Assembly: GCA_016748015.1 (NCBI GenBank)
Contig: JAAOMT010000441.1
Coordinates: 310,001-374,000 of the forward strand
Source of the DNA: Geosiphon pyriformis uo1
Taxonomy: Eukaryota; Fungi; Glomeromycota
Length of the DNA: 64,000 nt
Reading direction: 5' to 3'
Shown here: one piece after another, positions 12,555 to 25,839 of the stretch
Position numbering within the stretch: the stretch's first letter is position 1
How the letters are laid out: every line of letters begins with the position of its first letter
The notes under the pieces: generated by a model
Seen by the model: the letters and a program-made list of their open reading frames with translations, nothing else
The model's database searches: none
Told to the model about the DNA's origin: nothing
Made by a program: the position numbers and the translations under genes

Positions 12555-14420
12555 TCATTGGAACAGATGAGGTAGAGACAAACTCGAACCAGAACACAAA
12601 AGATCTAATCTCACCAGGATTGAACTGAATAAAGCTTCCAGACCAGACATTTTGGATTTCAAACCACCCAATTTGGAGATAAGAATCTTTGAACCACTCA
12701 AACTAAGAACAGCAGCAGAGTTACCACCACCAGAAAGAGAGGGAGCAGACGAGGCCAACACATCATCCAGAACCATATTTGAGTCCACAACTGGAGATGA
12801 ATGCACAGAAACAGCCAAAGGGGGAGCACAAGAAGGAGACGTCAATGGCACCAACTCAAAAAAACTCAATTTTTTGAGAATACCAGACACCTGATCAGAG
12901 AGAATTTCCATAGATTGTTTCAACACTGCCAGACAATCACCCAAGCCATTGACCTGATAACAAGAAGAACTGAATGATAGAGACGCATTATCAGAAAGCA
13001 ACCCAGAGCCAGAAGGAGAGCCACCAAGAGGGGAGGCAAAGGACACCACTTGAGCCCATAATTTACCACTAAAGGCAGCTGGGCAAGAAATAGAAACATT
13101 TTTTTTGGTATACAATTTGGCTAGCTGAAGGCAAGATGCACCAAAAAAAGGTCTTTTTGTCAAATTGGGAGGCACAGGAGGTGATACATCAAAGGCATCA
13201 CACTCGAGAGCCGAATGACCAAAACACCCACATCTACCACACTGAATCAGCTCTAACCTAGTCCATAACAATCAAACACCACCAAAAATTGGCTCAGTGT
13301 AAAAAACAGACTCCAACATTTCATCAGATTCAAAGCACACCACAGCACAGTGGAACTGATTGCCAGTCTTCAATAATCTATTGATAACACAAGTTTTCCC
13401 TTCAGTCTCATCCAAAAGTGTACTAAGATCATGTGCAGTAGTGTCTGCAGGCAAAGTAAACAACAGCACTCTAAACTGATCCCTAGAAGCCCATGTATTA
13501 TGATCTCCTATGGCCATAGCCACATGAACTGAGTCTTTCTTAATTAGAAATAACCATCTTGAAGTCAATTGCACAGCCTGGTTTGAATCAGCAAATTCTA
13601 CCACAGTCTTCTGCCACATACCAACCAACTGGATTTTAATCGACTTAATTATCCCAAACTCAGAAACTGTGGTAATGATCATGTCTTTAGGCATATTCAT
13701 GGGAATTTTTTTGATCACCACAGTCTAATCTGAATGAAGCTCTTGTTTTCTCACATTGTTGTTTACGATAATCTCTTCTTTTTCAGCCAATGATACAACT
13801 TTCCTCATGCTCTTCTCAGAAGTAAATGTCGATCAGATAATCCCTTCAAAATTTGAAGGGATAGTGGTCCCCCCAAAACCATTGATCTTTGAAAAAAATT
13901 TTTTGATCAATTGAGTTTTTGCCGTCGCTGATTTGCTTTCAACAGCTGAAAAATTGATATCCAAGGCAAAAGATTTTTTGACAGACATCTTCACTTAAGT
14001 TTTGATGATAATAAAATCCACTCATTTGCTATCAGAAAAGGCTTTCTTTATTGGAGAAGGAAGAGATTCCACCTCTTCATTTATGGTGAAGTTAGAAGAA
14101 CTGAGGGGGGAGCCAAAATTCATGCCAGTACTTAATCTAATTACTCTTGAAGTGTTAATAGCTGAATTCAGAAAAGAGCCATTACTACTACCAGACATAT
14201 CAACATCATTTTCATCACCAGACAAGCTTTTCACATCAGAAAAAGCATTACAACCAGAACCAGACTTCAGAGAGATGTCCTGCTTATCACCAGAATGTTT
14301 AACATTCTCAAGAATGACTTTCTTCTTTTGAATAAAAGAACCACCAACAGGACCATGAAAAGCACTTTTAGGCGCCTTTTTCTTTAACATACTGTCACTA
14401 GAAGCAGCTTCTGAATCCAT
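12555..14420 (-). pseudogene. LINE A ORF1 (type I): RRM-like nucleic-acid-binding protein with CCHC knuckle
   Basis: IKKIPMNMPKDMI...GMWQKTVVEF; CGRCGCFGHSALEC; TGA overlaps the ORF2 ATG (ATGA). Confidence 0.85.
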
Positions 14421-14949
14421 GACAAAAGAGTTATTAGTTAAAGAAATGTTGATATATACTAATAATAAAAAAACAAAAACTTCTTTTTCAGAAAATAACT
14501 CGTTGGGGTTTTTGAAGGTAAGAAAGAAAGAAGTTTTTTTTTTCCAATAATTATTTTAATTATATTTAGTCTAATTTATATTATTTAATTATAATTAATA
14601 AGATTTAGTTTTGTTTTTTTGTTTTTTGATAAGTTAATAATTTATTATAATATTATAATAATACTTTTTTTAATATTTTTAAATTAAACAATAATTTTTA
14701 AAAATAAAAATTAATATTTTATTAATTAATATAATTAATAGTAATTAATTTAAATTATTAAAATACAGTTATTTTAATTGCATTTAATATTAAATAAAAT
14801 AAGATAAATAATTTTAAAAAATAAAAAAATAAAAAAAAATTTATGAATTTTTAATAAAAATATTTTATTAAAATAAAAAAAGATTAAATTAGATATATTT
14901 TATTATTATTATATTAATCAAATCATTATTTAATATAATATAATTACAT

Positions 14950-15022
14950 AAAATTTTTAAATTAGATATAATTTATGTGTTTTTTACATGTAATCAAACA
15001 TAAACTCAGTTTAAATTAAGCC
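14950..15022 (-). mobile_element. Eroded retroelement 3' UTR remnant (E-like)
   Basis: tagatataatttatgtgttttttacatgtaatcaa resembles the reverse complement of the E3 tail (taaatatagtttacatgctttttacatgtaattag). Confidence 0.45.
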
Positions 15023-15239
15023 TATAAAAAAAGCCTACTTTAAAAAATATTTTATATCCAATTAATAATTAAAAAACTACTATTTATAATAATATTATTT
15101 AATTATTTAGCAGTTTTATTTAACTTGATATTAATTAATTAATACTTTTAAAAAGCAATTAACTAAACATAAATATTTTTTAAAAATATTATTAAAATTT
15201 TTTATAAATTAGTATTAATATTATATTTATCAATAATAA

Positions 15240-15520
15240 TGAATTTTCTGTTTTGGTTGACAGTATTAACAAATTAAGCAATGGTGTGGTTTTGCTACTT
15301 AGTATTGAAAAGGTTAAAAGTGTGTATTCTGGTTTGTGCTATAGTTGTTTGTTTTTTTTAAGTTTGAGTAATAAATTGGTAGTAATAGCTAATATATAGT
15401 ATAATTTTAATTAGCCCAAATAACTGGTCACATATAACAAGTACATAAATCATGTTTAATTTATGATACATATATGTTGTATATCTTTAGATAATAATTG
15501 AACTACACTTATAAAGCCAA
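15240..15520 (+). mobile_element. 5'-truncated, eroded LINE 3' fragment
   Basis: Translates ...SGLCYSCLFFLSL... (cf. FGFRKSYMFFSG), followed by the tail motif gcccaaataactggtcacatata and an A-rich tail. Confidence 0.55.
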
Positions 15521-16834
15521 TAAAAAAAATATATTATTTTTATAGAAACTTTATTTAAAGCTTTATTAAAAATAAATATTTTATTCTAAATATTAACAAT
15601 TATACTTTTAAGTTCTTTATATAAAGCAAAAAAAGTGTTGAATAAAATAATAACAAAAGTAATTAATAAAATCAAAGCACTTAACTTAAATTTTAAAAAA
15701 ACCAGATAAGAATTAATTAAAAAATTAACAATAATAAAAAAATTAATAACAAAAAAAACTAATAAAATAAAAGCAAAAGTCATAATATAATACTTGATTT
15801 TAATATATTTTTTAATTTTAATATTAATAAAAATTATTTATATATATATATATTTTTATAATAATTTTTAAAAATTTATTATTTTAATTATTTTTTATAT
15901 TATTTTGTTATTATTAATTATAATTTATTATTATATATTTATCCTATTTTATATTATTTTTAATCATTTTTTATTGTAATTATTATGTATTATTTTATAT
16001 TATAATTAATTATTTTGTGTTATTTTTATTATTATATATTAATTATATATTTTTTGTAATTTAATATAATTAAAAAATAAAAACTATTAACAAAAAATAT
16101 GTAAATAAATAAATAGATTAATATTATACAATATTAAATACAATAAAAAAACCAAAAACATTAATTTTGATTGTTTATTAAAAATAAAATATACATAAAA
16201 ATTATTAATAATAATTAACCAAATAATAATAAATATTTAGTTATACAAATATCTTAATTATTACTTAAAAAATTTATAATTAAATAAAAATATGTTAATA
16301 AAAAACAAATTAAGTTTTAAAATATTTACTCAAATTATTTTGAAAAAAATCATATTTAATAAATAAATAAATAATTTTACTGGTAAATAATATAATTTAA
16401 TACATAAAAAATTAAATTAATAAAAAAGTAAAACAAAAACAATAAAAATTAATTAAATTAAATTAAATTATCAATAATAACAAAAATAATTATTATTTTA
16501 CAATAATTGTAAATTATTTTATCAAATAACTAAAAACAAAAGTTATTTAAATAATTAATATTATAATTATTAAACAAAACTTTAATTATTAATTAATATA
16601 AAATAATTTTTATAATTTTTATTATTAATTAGCATATAATATTATTTTTATTTTATTATTTATTATGTAATTAAAATATTAAATATTATTATTTAATTAA
16701 ATTTTTTTTTTTAAACATTTAACGAGTGAAATCCAAACACTGCCTAGTGCAATATATTATACAAATGATCTAAACTAGGTGTGAATTATGCACTTTCTAC
16801 ATGTAACCAGTTACTCAAACCAATCAAGACAATA

Positions 16835-19800
16835 TTATATATCTATATGAACAGAAACTTTATCACCTATGTCTAAAAAAACCAAATAAGACTTACGAAA
16901 ACTGAAACCAACACCAATTATCTCAACAATACTCAGCAATCCAATTATGCCCGTTGACAGCACTGAAAGAAGCCCAAAAATCGAGATAGAAACAGATTTA
17001 TCGCGTGGAATAAGTCCATTTTTTTCCATGAAAACATAGTGCTTGGCACAAACCAACCAAATGTTTTCCCAAAAAGCATGACTAAACTCATGCACAAAGG
17101 CCACAATGTTCTAATTCACTACTTTGGAATTCTTGAAAACAGAGACAGACTCATGAAACCAATTCTTGAAAACAAAACCTTTGCACAAAGCAGTGTTGAC
17201 CAAAATGTCAGATAAACAAGTGAACAACAGCTATGAGACAACTGAGAAAGAACGACCCAGACTGGATTGCACTTTCCAAGCTGATGCATGAAAGTCCAAC
17301 AAACGAGCACAATCATCGGCATCAAACAAACAAGAAAAAGCATGGTCTAAGACTTCAACATTGTTACAGAACAAACACACTACACTAGAGTAACTCTTAT
17401 CATAAAGCCATTTACGCATGACAACAGAGAGCCAAAAATGCAATATCTTTATAAAATACATCTGGAAACCAGCAGTCCACTTGCTAGTGAAGCCAGCAGC
17501 CATGTGAGAGCCCGGATGCTATATCAGCAATGATCTAATTCAATCAATATCTGCACACAGACTATCCACTACTACCCATGAACCAAAACCGATTTCCCAA
17601 TGTGCACGATGAACTGACCAAAAAACATCCCGAACAAAATGCCTAGAATTACCAGAAATAGCAGCACCACCAATTCTAAGATAGCATTCATTAATAGAAT
17701 GAGGCAAATTCCAGCTAGAGAAAGCCACAGCTCTGGCCAACTTATTCACACACTTATTGCCCAAAACACCCAAATGACTTTTGATCTTATATCAATTAAT
17801 ATTCAAATTCTTACAATGAACAACGTTCACAATGTAGTGATGTTCAATCCAACACCAATTTCTAAAATCCAGCTCCAACTTGCAAGCATCCAAAGCTGCT
17901 TGACTATCTGAGAACAAGTCAATCAAGCAAGAAGGAGAGACACACTTGAGAGCTAGAGCAATGGCCTGCAACTCTGTCAAAGTAAAAGACATCAAACCAG
18001 AAACTCCTATACCCAAACCCATACCAATATCCTTAAAGAAAACAGCAGTCCCAGCTTTTATATCAACAGACCCCAAGCCACTCAAAGATCCATCCGTATA
18101 GACAGAAAAGCGACCAACATTAGAACATAGCAAATTGGCTCTAATAGCATTAAACTCACAAGAACAAAGAATATTCGAAGAGCTGCCATCATTCCAAGAT
18201 GAAAAATAGACAGAAAGAGAGGATACACCACCAAGAAATTGAACAGAAAGCTTAAACCAGGCAGGAACTGGACCATATAGGTCCAATTGCTTCTATCGCT
18301 TGAAGGTTTTCCAATCAAAAATAGCCATACTTTGGTCAAGCAGTTGGTTCATGAAGGCAATTCCATAATGCCAAAGCAAAGAGACACACTTAAAATAGGT
18401 TGATTCACCAAGAACACAAGACATAGAAGTTTCACCCCAACAACAAAAAGCATCAGTCAGGAAGCCACCCAAGGACAAATCATTTTTAGAAAAAATGCAC
18501 ACTATACCAGCCAGAAAATTATTCAGAGGGTTGACCTTGACATGAACTGGGTACTACAAAGAATAAAGTGGATGCCAGCAGAGGACCTGAAGATCATGTG
18601 ACCAGTAAGAGAATAAACAACCCAAAATACCAATAGAGTTTGCAAAAAAAATAACTAAGACCAACTTATTCTTAGCCTAAATCTGCTCAAAAGTCTTCAA
18701 ACTATACAGAGAAAAATGATGAATTGCATCTCTAGGGAAGTCACATAGCAGGCCAGACTTAGATTTCAAGTCCTTACAAATCAGAGTGTCCCACTTCTCA
18801 CAAGCACTAACAAGAACATAACTGAATTGTGTTTTATAATCAACAATAAGAAAGAGAATTGCCAAAACCAAATATGAAAACTGTTTATCAGATACTGCTT
18901 TTTTGAAGACCAGATTAGCAAAAAACTGGACATCAAAATGTGCTTTGGCCAAGCTAGGTTTGGAAAGACCCTTAGTCAACAGATAGATCCCTAAATAGTG
19001 ATGTGATTCCCTTCTCTTGGCAATAAAAATAGGTAATTCACTGATCAACAGGGAAGAATCTGCAACCTTGTAATTAATAGGAATGGTCACAGTCTTATTA
19101 TTATTAATTGAAATATCATTGATATCAAAAAATTCACTAGCAATATTGAGAATATGCTGTGTAGCACTTCAACTGCTATCAACCCATATAGTATCATCAA
19201 CAAAAGCACCTGTGGCAAAAAAAGAGGAGAGACCAGCCCAAAATTTGGCATGACCACACCCAGAAATAAAGTAAAAATTCAACTTATATTTACATCCATC
19301 CACCTGTTTCTTGACCTTACACAGAAGAGGATCATAAAATATGCGCCAAAAGAGCAGCAAGAACACCTCCCTCTGGTCCAAGCCATCATGTACCCTGTAT
19401 CTATCTATCAAACCAAAATCTGTCATAACTCTATTAATGTGATCATTATAAATATTACCAAAAAACCTAATAAACTTGCTACATATCTTTATTCTAACCA
19501 AACTGTTTCGAAAATGCTCTCATCCAACAGAATCATAAGTCTTTCACATGTCCTGCAATATCAACCAAAGTTCACGACTCTTCTCTAAAGCATCTTCAAC
19601 CATTGAACCAATGGCAAAAATAGGTGACTGCATCATTATACTCCTAAAGACTGAAAAATTGTCTCTATGTAAAACATCAAAAGTACTACATGCCGATGAG
19701 ATCCTATCTGATAGAATTTTGGAAAAAATCTTGTAGGCAGTTTCAATCAAGGCAATAGGTTGGATGTTTGTGAGAACTCCATCCCATTCATACAGCTTAG

Positions 19801-21508
19801 GAATCATCAAGATCTAAGCTTCTTTCCAAGCACCAGATACTGATTCATGGATCAAACAAGAATTCAAAAGCACCAAAAGCATATCTAAAACTGATTTATC
19901 ACAATGTTTCTAGAGTTCATTCGAAATCCTAGAGAGACCAGCAGCTTTACCCTTGGGAAGATTAGAAACCACACCAAGCAACTCATCAACACCAACAGGA
20001 CATATCACATTAGAAAAGACATTATCAAAAACATACTCCAAAAGCCAGTATTGGCAGAACCATTTATCTGAGATGTCAGGCATTACTCTGTGCTTCCTGG
20101 TCCAACCTTCCATGATCCCATCTACCCTAGATTTAACTAGGCTTGGCTTCAATACCAATTCATCACCTACCACCAGATAATCCAGTACCACCTTGCAAAA
20201 GGGATGCTTCAAAACACTCCTGATAATGTGATTCTTGTCTGATTCAAAACTTTTTATTCTCTTATTAATAGCCACCTTGTTATATGCTTCCTCAGCATGC
20301 CTGAATTCCAGCAACTTAAAAGAGCAGTAAAATTTCCTCACTTTAGCCAGAGCTGAGCAAATTATGTCGAAATTGGAATCTAAAAAAAATAAAGACTTTA
20401 TCACTGACACACTATTAGCATCAAGCTCACACCACATATCCAACAAAGAAGCAAATTCTACACTAGAGACCAAATGAAAAGCCTTAACCAGCTTAGACAC
20501 CAGCAACTCCAGCTTATGAAATCTTGAAAAATCTCTGGTAAAAACCCCATCTAAATCCTTGAACCATTTTTTCCTAAATATCTCATTTGCTGAAAGAGTT
20601 ATTATTTTGTGCAAAACATTCTACATGACATTCATATCCGAAAGTTGTACAGTGGTAGCAAACTTATTGGCAAACATTCCAGCATTGGCTGAAGTGACAT
20701 CTTTAAAATTTTTCCATTTACTGTCATTAGCACTCTTGAAATTAAACTTCCAATAATCCCTATTAGCCTGTCTATGAAGAGAGTTTAACTAAGTATCTAG
20801 CAGACTGTCTAGGCCCACAGAAACAGAAACTGCTCAATGATTAGTGTTGAAATGTTTGCTCACATCCACAACATTGTGATCCACTACTGCATTAACCAAA
20901 TTAGATGAAACTAGCATGAAATCAATTGTTTTTTTCACACCCCTCAAATTTTCCCATGTAAAACTTTTTACTACTGGGCTATCTGACAAAGAGTTAACCA
21001 GCCCCAAGTCCAGACATTTTTTAAAACTCATACTCTTATGCAAACTATTCTTATTGAAATTACCATCCAAAATGATGAAAAAAGATTCATTAACAGCTTT
21101 AGCAATAAGAGAATTGACTTCACCAGCCTAAAAGAACTGAGCCACCAAAAAAGCACCAGCATAAAGCCCCAAAATAGACACAGAAAGTTTATTCTTGAAA
21201 AGCAGCTTAATGGACAGGAGCTGACCAGGCACCTCAGAAACTTTGTACACATGTTTCACCAAAAAAATGTTCATGACAATTGCAACGCCAGAGTCCATAT
21301 GACCAGAATCCAACCCAGAGGTAAACACCCAGAAACCATCATACTTATTCATGATCTATGAGCGAATTTTGCTCTTTAACTTGGTCTCAGTAACAATAGA
21401 AATCAAATTGTTTAACTTCTTATGCCAACAGATTATATCATCCTGTTTTGCAGGATTGTTTATACTCTGAACATTGCAAGTAGCAATTTTCCAAACTAGA
21501 CTGATCAT
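16835..21508 (-). pseudogene. LINE B ORF2 (APE-RT-RNaseH-CCHC)
   Basis: IATCNVQS...ETKLK; AFVDD; VYTDGS...ELQAI...FSDSQ; CLFCNNVEVLDHAFSC; many in-frame stops. Confidence 0.9.
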
Positions 21509-23452
21509 TGAGATGGAGGAGGAGCTAATGAACCCAAACCAGAACACAAAGAGTTCAATCTCTTCAAAACCAAATTGACCAAGACCTCCAGAACCAACAT
21601 CTTCGATTCCAAAACCACCCACTTTGGTGGTAAGCATTTTTGAACTGCTCAGACTCAGTTCAAGAGCAGCCTTATTGACCAATGGGACAGAAGAAAAAGA
21701 AAGTGACACTACACCATCAACCATCATATTCAAATCCAAAGCTGAATTCAAGGGAGGAGCAACAAAAGAAAAAAGAGCACAAGATAGCAATAACATCAGC
21801 ACCAAATTCACAAGATTCAATTTTTTTAAAATATCTGAAACCTAATCTGACAAAAGCTCCAAGAAGTGCTCCAAAGAAGCCAGACATTTGGTTATATCAG
21901 AATCATCAAGAGGGTTGGAAGTTATTACCAAGAGATTCATATTTACAAGCGAGCCAACACCAGAAAGAACTGACAAAAACACATAAAAAGGAGAACCACC
22001 TGCGACTTGAGCCCAAGATTTTCCACCAAAAGACACCAGATAGACAACTGAAGCCTGCTTCTTCTTATAAATATTAGCCAAACAGACCTAATCTTAAGAA
22101 GACACTATCTTTCTATGATGAACACCAGAATTCCCATCAACTGAACACATATTAGAGATATGACCATATTGTTTATACTTGGCACAGCAAGCCAAAAAAA
22201 GACCAGTCCAATGCAAATTCACACTCTTATAAACTGGAACAGAATTAATAGCAGCCAATTTGGATGCCTCACTATCAAAACACACAACTGCACATCTATC
22301 ATGAGCATATAAACCAGGATTATGGCCAATAAAGCAAGTTTTCCCACCATAAAAATTCACTAAATCTAATAAATTATGAGTAGTGGTGCCAACTGAAAGC
22401 ATATACAACAAAGTCTAATGTTGATTTCTAGAAACCCACATTTGTTTATCACCAACAACTTTAGCTACACAAACAGAATCCTTTCCCACAAAGACTGACC
22501 ATTTAGCTACAACCAAATTAGCTATCTTAGAAAACTCAAACTCCACTAAGGTCTTTTGCCACAAACCAATCAATTGTACTTTGATTGAAACAACCTTGCC
22601 AAACTTGGAAAAAACAGACTCTATAACCAATTTGGAAAGATCAACTGGAATCTCCTTAATGATCATCTCTCGATCTGAACAGCTATTTACTCTTTTTAGA
22701 TCATTATTAACAATAATTTTCTTACAGATTGCCAAATTTCTTGCCTTATTTATACTAAACTCAGAAGTAAAAGAAGCTCTGATGATGTCTGGGAATTTTG
22801 AAGGAGTTGACGCCTCCCCAAAACCATCAATTTGATAGAAAATTTTTTTGATTACAATTAACTTATCACTATTTGTTTTTCCTGGCACAACAGCCAACTT
22901 AACATTCAATGCAAATGATTTGACTGGCTCAAAGCTACATTTCTCTAGAACATATAACTTAACAGATGGCAGCTGATTGGAACCATTGAACTTCAAAGAA
23001 AGAAGGCTTAATACACTCTCATCATTGCTCATAGTATTAAACGTTGGAGCCTTTGGAGAGTTGCCTAACATGTATGTTTAAATGCAAGTTTTTCTTGACA
23101 TAGCATCGTTCATATCATTGTCTTTACCTGACTCAGTGTAGCTTGTTTTCTCAGCAACCATGTTTGCCATATTCTCAACATCTGAGAGACCACTTACACT
23201 ACTAGCAATACTTTCAACTTCACTTTCCCAGGATATTGTAGGCTTATTGTCAAAAATGCCAATATCTTCCAGTGCCAGAGAACCAATAGATGAGTCAACC
23301 AAAACACTACCAGCTTTGAGTTTTTTTGGCTTCTTATATGATACAGCATAAGAGTAAACACTATCCATGCACTTTTTTTTAGTGTTTGAGCACATTCTTA
23401 AACCAGCCAAACCCGAAGCAGAGTCATTAGCAGAAGAACCTACTGGTTCCAT
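21505..23452 (-). pseudogene. LINE B ORF1 (type II)
   Basis: MEPVGSSA...; IKEIPVDL...GLWQKTLVEF; decayed knuckle CAKYKQYGHISNMC; ATGA overlap with ORF2. Confidence 0.85.
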
Positions 23453-25371
23453 GACAACAAAAACAGATGTATTAGAAGAAATAACTATGAAAAGGTGAAT
23501 AGAAAAGGGAAAAAAAAAGGTTGTTAAATTTTCAATAAATCTTCACTCTTGTCGTGGTCAAAGGATTGACAAGAAAAAGATTTTTCTATTAAGATTATTT
23601 AATAATTTAATTAATTTAATTTGTATAATATACAAAAATAATTAAATATAATAATTAAATTATGTAATATTTAAAAATTTGCCAAAATAATTTTTAATTT
23701 ATTAAATATATATTTAAATTATTAAAATATTAGCAAAAAAAAGTACTAAAATTTAAAATAATACTATAATACTATAACAAAACATAAAAAAAGCTTTTTT
23801 TTTAAAAAAAAACATTAAGTTAAAAATTAAGTTTTGAATTAATTTATTAAGTAATAATACTTATTAAAACAAAATAAATATTTTTATTTTAAAAACCAAA
23901 ATTTTTTGTAATCAAATACTTTTAATATTTACAATCTTAATTAATATTTTATAATTAATTAATTATTGATTTTAATAAACAAGTTTAATATTTTAAACTT
24001 AAACAAAAAATTTTTTTTTTAATAAAAATATTTTATTTTATTTCTTTTTATTTTTTATTTTTTTTATATTATTTAAAAGTTTACAGTTAAGATTTTTTAT
24101 AAAAAAGTTAACCTTTATAGCAAAATAGCAACATATTATTAAAAAGTTTACAATTAAAAATTTTTGTAAAAAAATTGACTTTTATTGTAAAATAAAATAA
24201 TTAATATAAAATTAACTATTTTATTATAAACTTAACAACACAAATAGTTCAAAGTATAATACTTTAAAAATAAATTAATTTATTGGATTTTTATTAACAA
24301 CAGAATTAACAACAACTTAATATTAAGTAATAATAATATAATTATAAAAAATATCAAATAAATTGAAAGTAATTTTAAAAAAAATATTAATCTTAAAAAA
24401 CTGGAAGCTTAAAAATTTTAATTAAACTTTTTTGCCAATTTAAATATAAAAAAATAAATGTAACTTTATAATATTTTTATTTTAATAATTATTTCATATT
24501 ATGTATTTAAATTTAACATAATTTAAAAAAATTGATATTAAATATTACAAATATTAATTTGTAATATCACTTGATTATTCACATAACCTGAGCAGAATAT
24601 AATAAAATTCACAAAAGTCTAAAATTTATTTTGAAAAAAGTAGTTTAAAATTTTAAATCACAAAAAATACATTTTCATTAATTGTCAAATCAATTGCTAA
24701 TAGGCTCCAAGAGTATTTTTACATAATTTTACGTGAAAATGCGAGTTCAAGTTCTATTTTTTTTCGAAATACAAACTGGGAATTGGTGTGACTTATAAGG
24801 TCACCAGGTGTCAACAATGACGCCTGTAAACCTGAGTATCTGCCATCCTATACAGGGTCTGAACAATGGAAATAAATATTAGGGTTTCAAGATTAGTTTA
24901 GGAGTATACACAAAAACCCTGGATTTGCCAAGTTTTCTTCGTGCCAAACTTTTATGCGGCTTAAAAAATAAACAGAACCTTGTGAGACAAAAAAAACGGA
25001 TTTTTCAAGTCTATTTTTTAAAAAAATCGGCTTTCTTGGCTGAAATTCAATGTAGTCATTCGGTGCGATATGATGATGGCATTTGGGGGGAGAAAAGAAA
25101 TCAAGAACTTTAACTAAATTTAATCTTAAATCGTAATTACGACGATGGTGTGTCAATTACGTTTAGTCAATGCACACCTTGTATTGACTTGCAGATGATT
25201 ATGATTCCAAGAAAGTAATTGTATGCATGGAAATTTATCAAAAATCCAAGGCAAGAACATAAAACGTTCAAACTGATTTTTAAATTAAACCCTCCTTTTT
25301 CTCAAAACTGATTAATGATCAAACAAGTCTTTATTAAGGAGACAATTTACCCATTTTCATTCTTTGTCATT

Positions 25372-25521
25372 CTATTCTGCATTCTCGTTGGACATTTCTT
25401 GGATGATTCTCTTGCGTATCGCATTTTGGCGACTCATGTACATTGAATCTTGCAGCTTCTCGTCAGTTCTTTCCATTTTGAGTTTCATCTTATTCTCAAT
25501 ATGGTTTCGTTGGGTGGTCAT
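25372..25521 (-). CDS. Possible 49-aa small ORF (MTTQRNHIENKMKLKMERTDEKLQDSMYMSRQNAIRKRIIQEMSNENAE)
   Basis: Open ATG-to-TAG frame in CpG-retaining DNA, with A at -3 and a charged helical composition, divergent from the kinase gene. No homology recognised. Confidence 0.3.
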   Translation of the reverse strand: MTTQRNHIENKMKLKMERTDEKLQDSMYMSRQNAIRKRIIQEMSNENAE

Positions 25522-25839
25522 TGTGCATCAAGGGGGTCCAACCCAAGGCGGATCATTAGTTTATCTTCGCGACTTCCTCCAATATCATAATAATAAGGGG
25601 ATATGATGAGAGGGAATATGAAAATGACATAACCCTACTTTGAGAAAATTATCGGAACCTTTCATTTCATTTTCTAATTATAGAGCTCTTTTAAAAACTA
25701 AAAATTCTCACCCGTTTTACTCTCACAACCCTTTTCTTATTCTCCTTCGCTGTCTTTTTCCTCCCCCCAACGGGTGGTTGCCAATAATTTTCTTAATTTC
25801 TTCTTTTTCTCTTCTGGTAACAAGGAGAAAATCACCAAA

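Larger units (their letters stand above)
6751..12558 (-). pseudogene. LINE A ORF2: APE endonuclease - reverse transcriptase - RNase H - CCHC
   Basis: Endonuclease ATCNVKG/GNFN/IDYVF/TNH; RT DMQKAYDSVGW and AFVDD; RNase H VYMDRS...ELQAI...FSDS...KVKSH; CLFCGDIEVSDHIFSC. Multiple stops; interrupted at 9216-10332. Confidence 0.9.
6634..14532 (-). mobile_element. LINE copy A, near full length, inactivated, with an LTR insertion
   Basis: ORF1 and ORF2 fragments are collinear with copy C. Conserved 3' UTR at 6634-6750 followed by a (TAA)n/A tail; 5' leader similar to that of C. Confidence 0.92.
16718..23580 (-). mobile_element. LINE copy B, near full length, inactivated
   Basis: 3' UTR 16718-16834, ORF2 and ORF1 fragments in order, and a 5' leader shared with copy D (aaatcttcactcttgtcgtggtcaaagg vs aaatctagctcttattatgatcaaaa). 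Confidence 0.92.

Noticed and set aside
10438-14331. Many opposite-strand ORFs over the LINEs (e.g. 11101-11454, 21682-22077, 41699-42103, 48643-49065)
   Set aside because: Antisense shadows of TE coding sequence, with no motifs and no consistent boundaries between copies.
14533-14600. Target-site duplications for the LINE and E elements
   Set aside because: The flanks are low-complexity A/T, so candidate matches are not distinguishable from chance.
24075-24200. Degenerate ~65-bp tandem duplication in an AT desert
   Set aside because: Real-looking but too eroded to assign; probably an old TE internal repeat.
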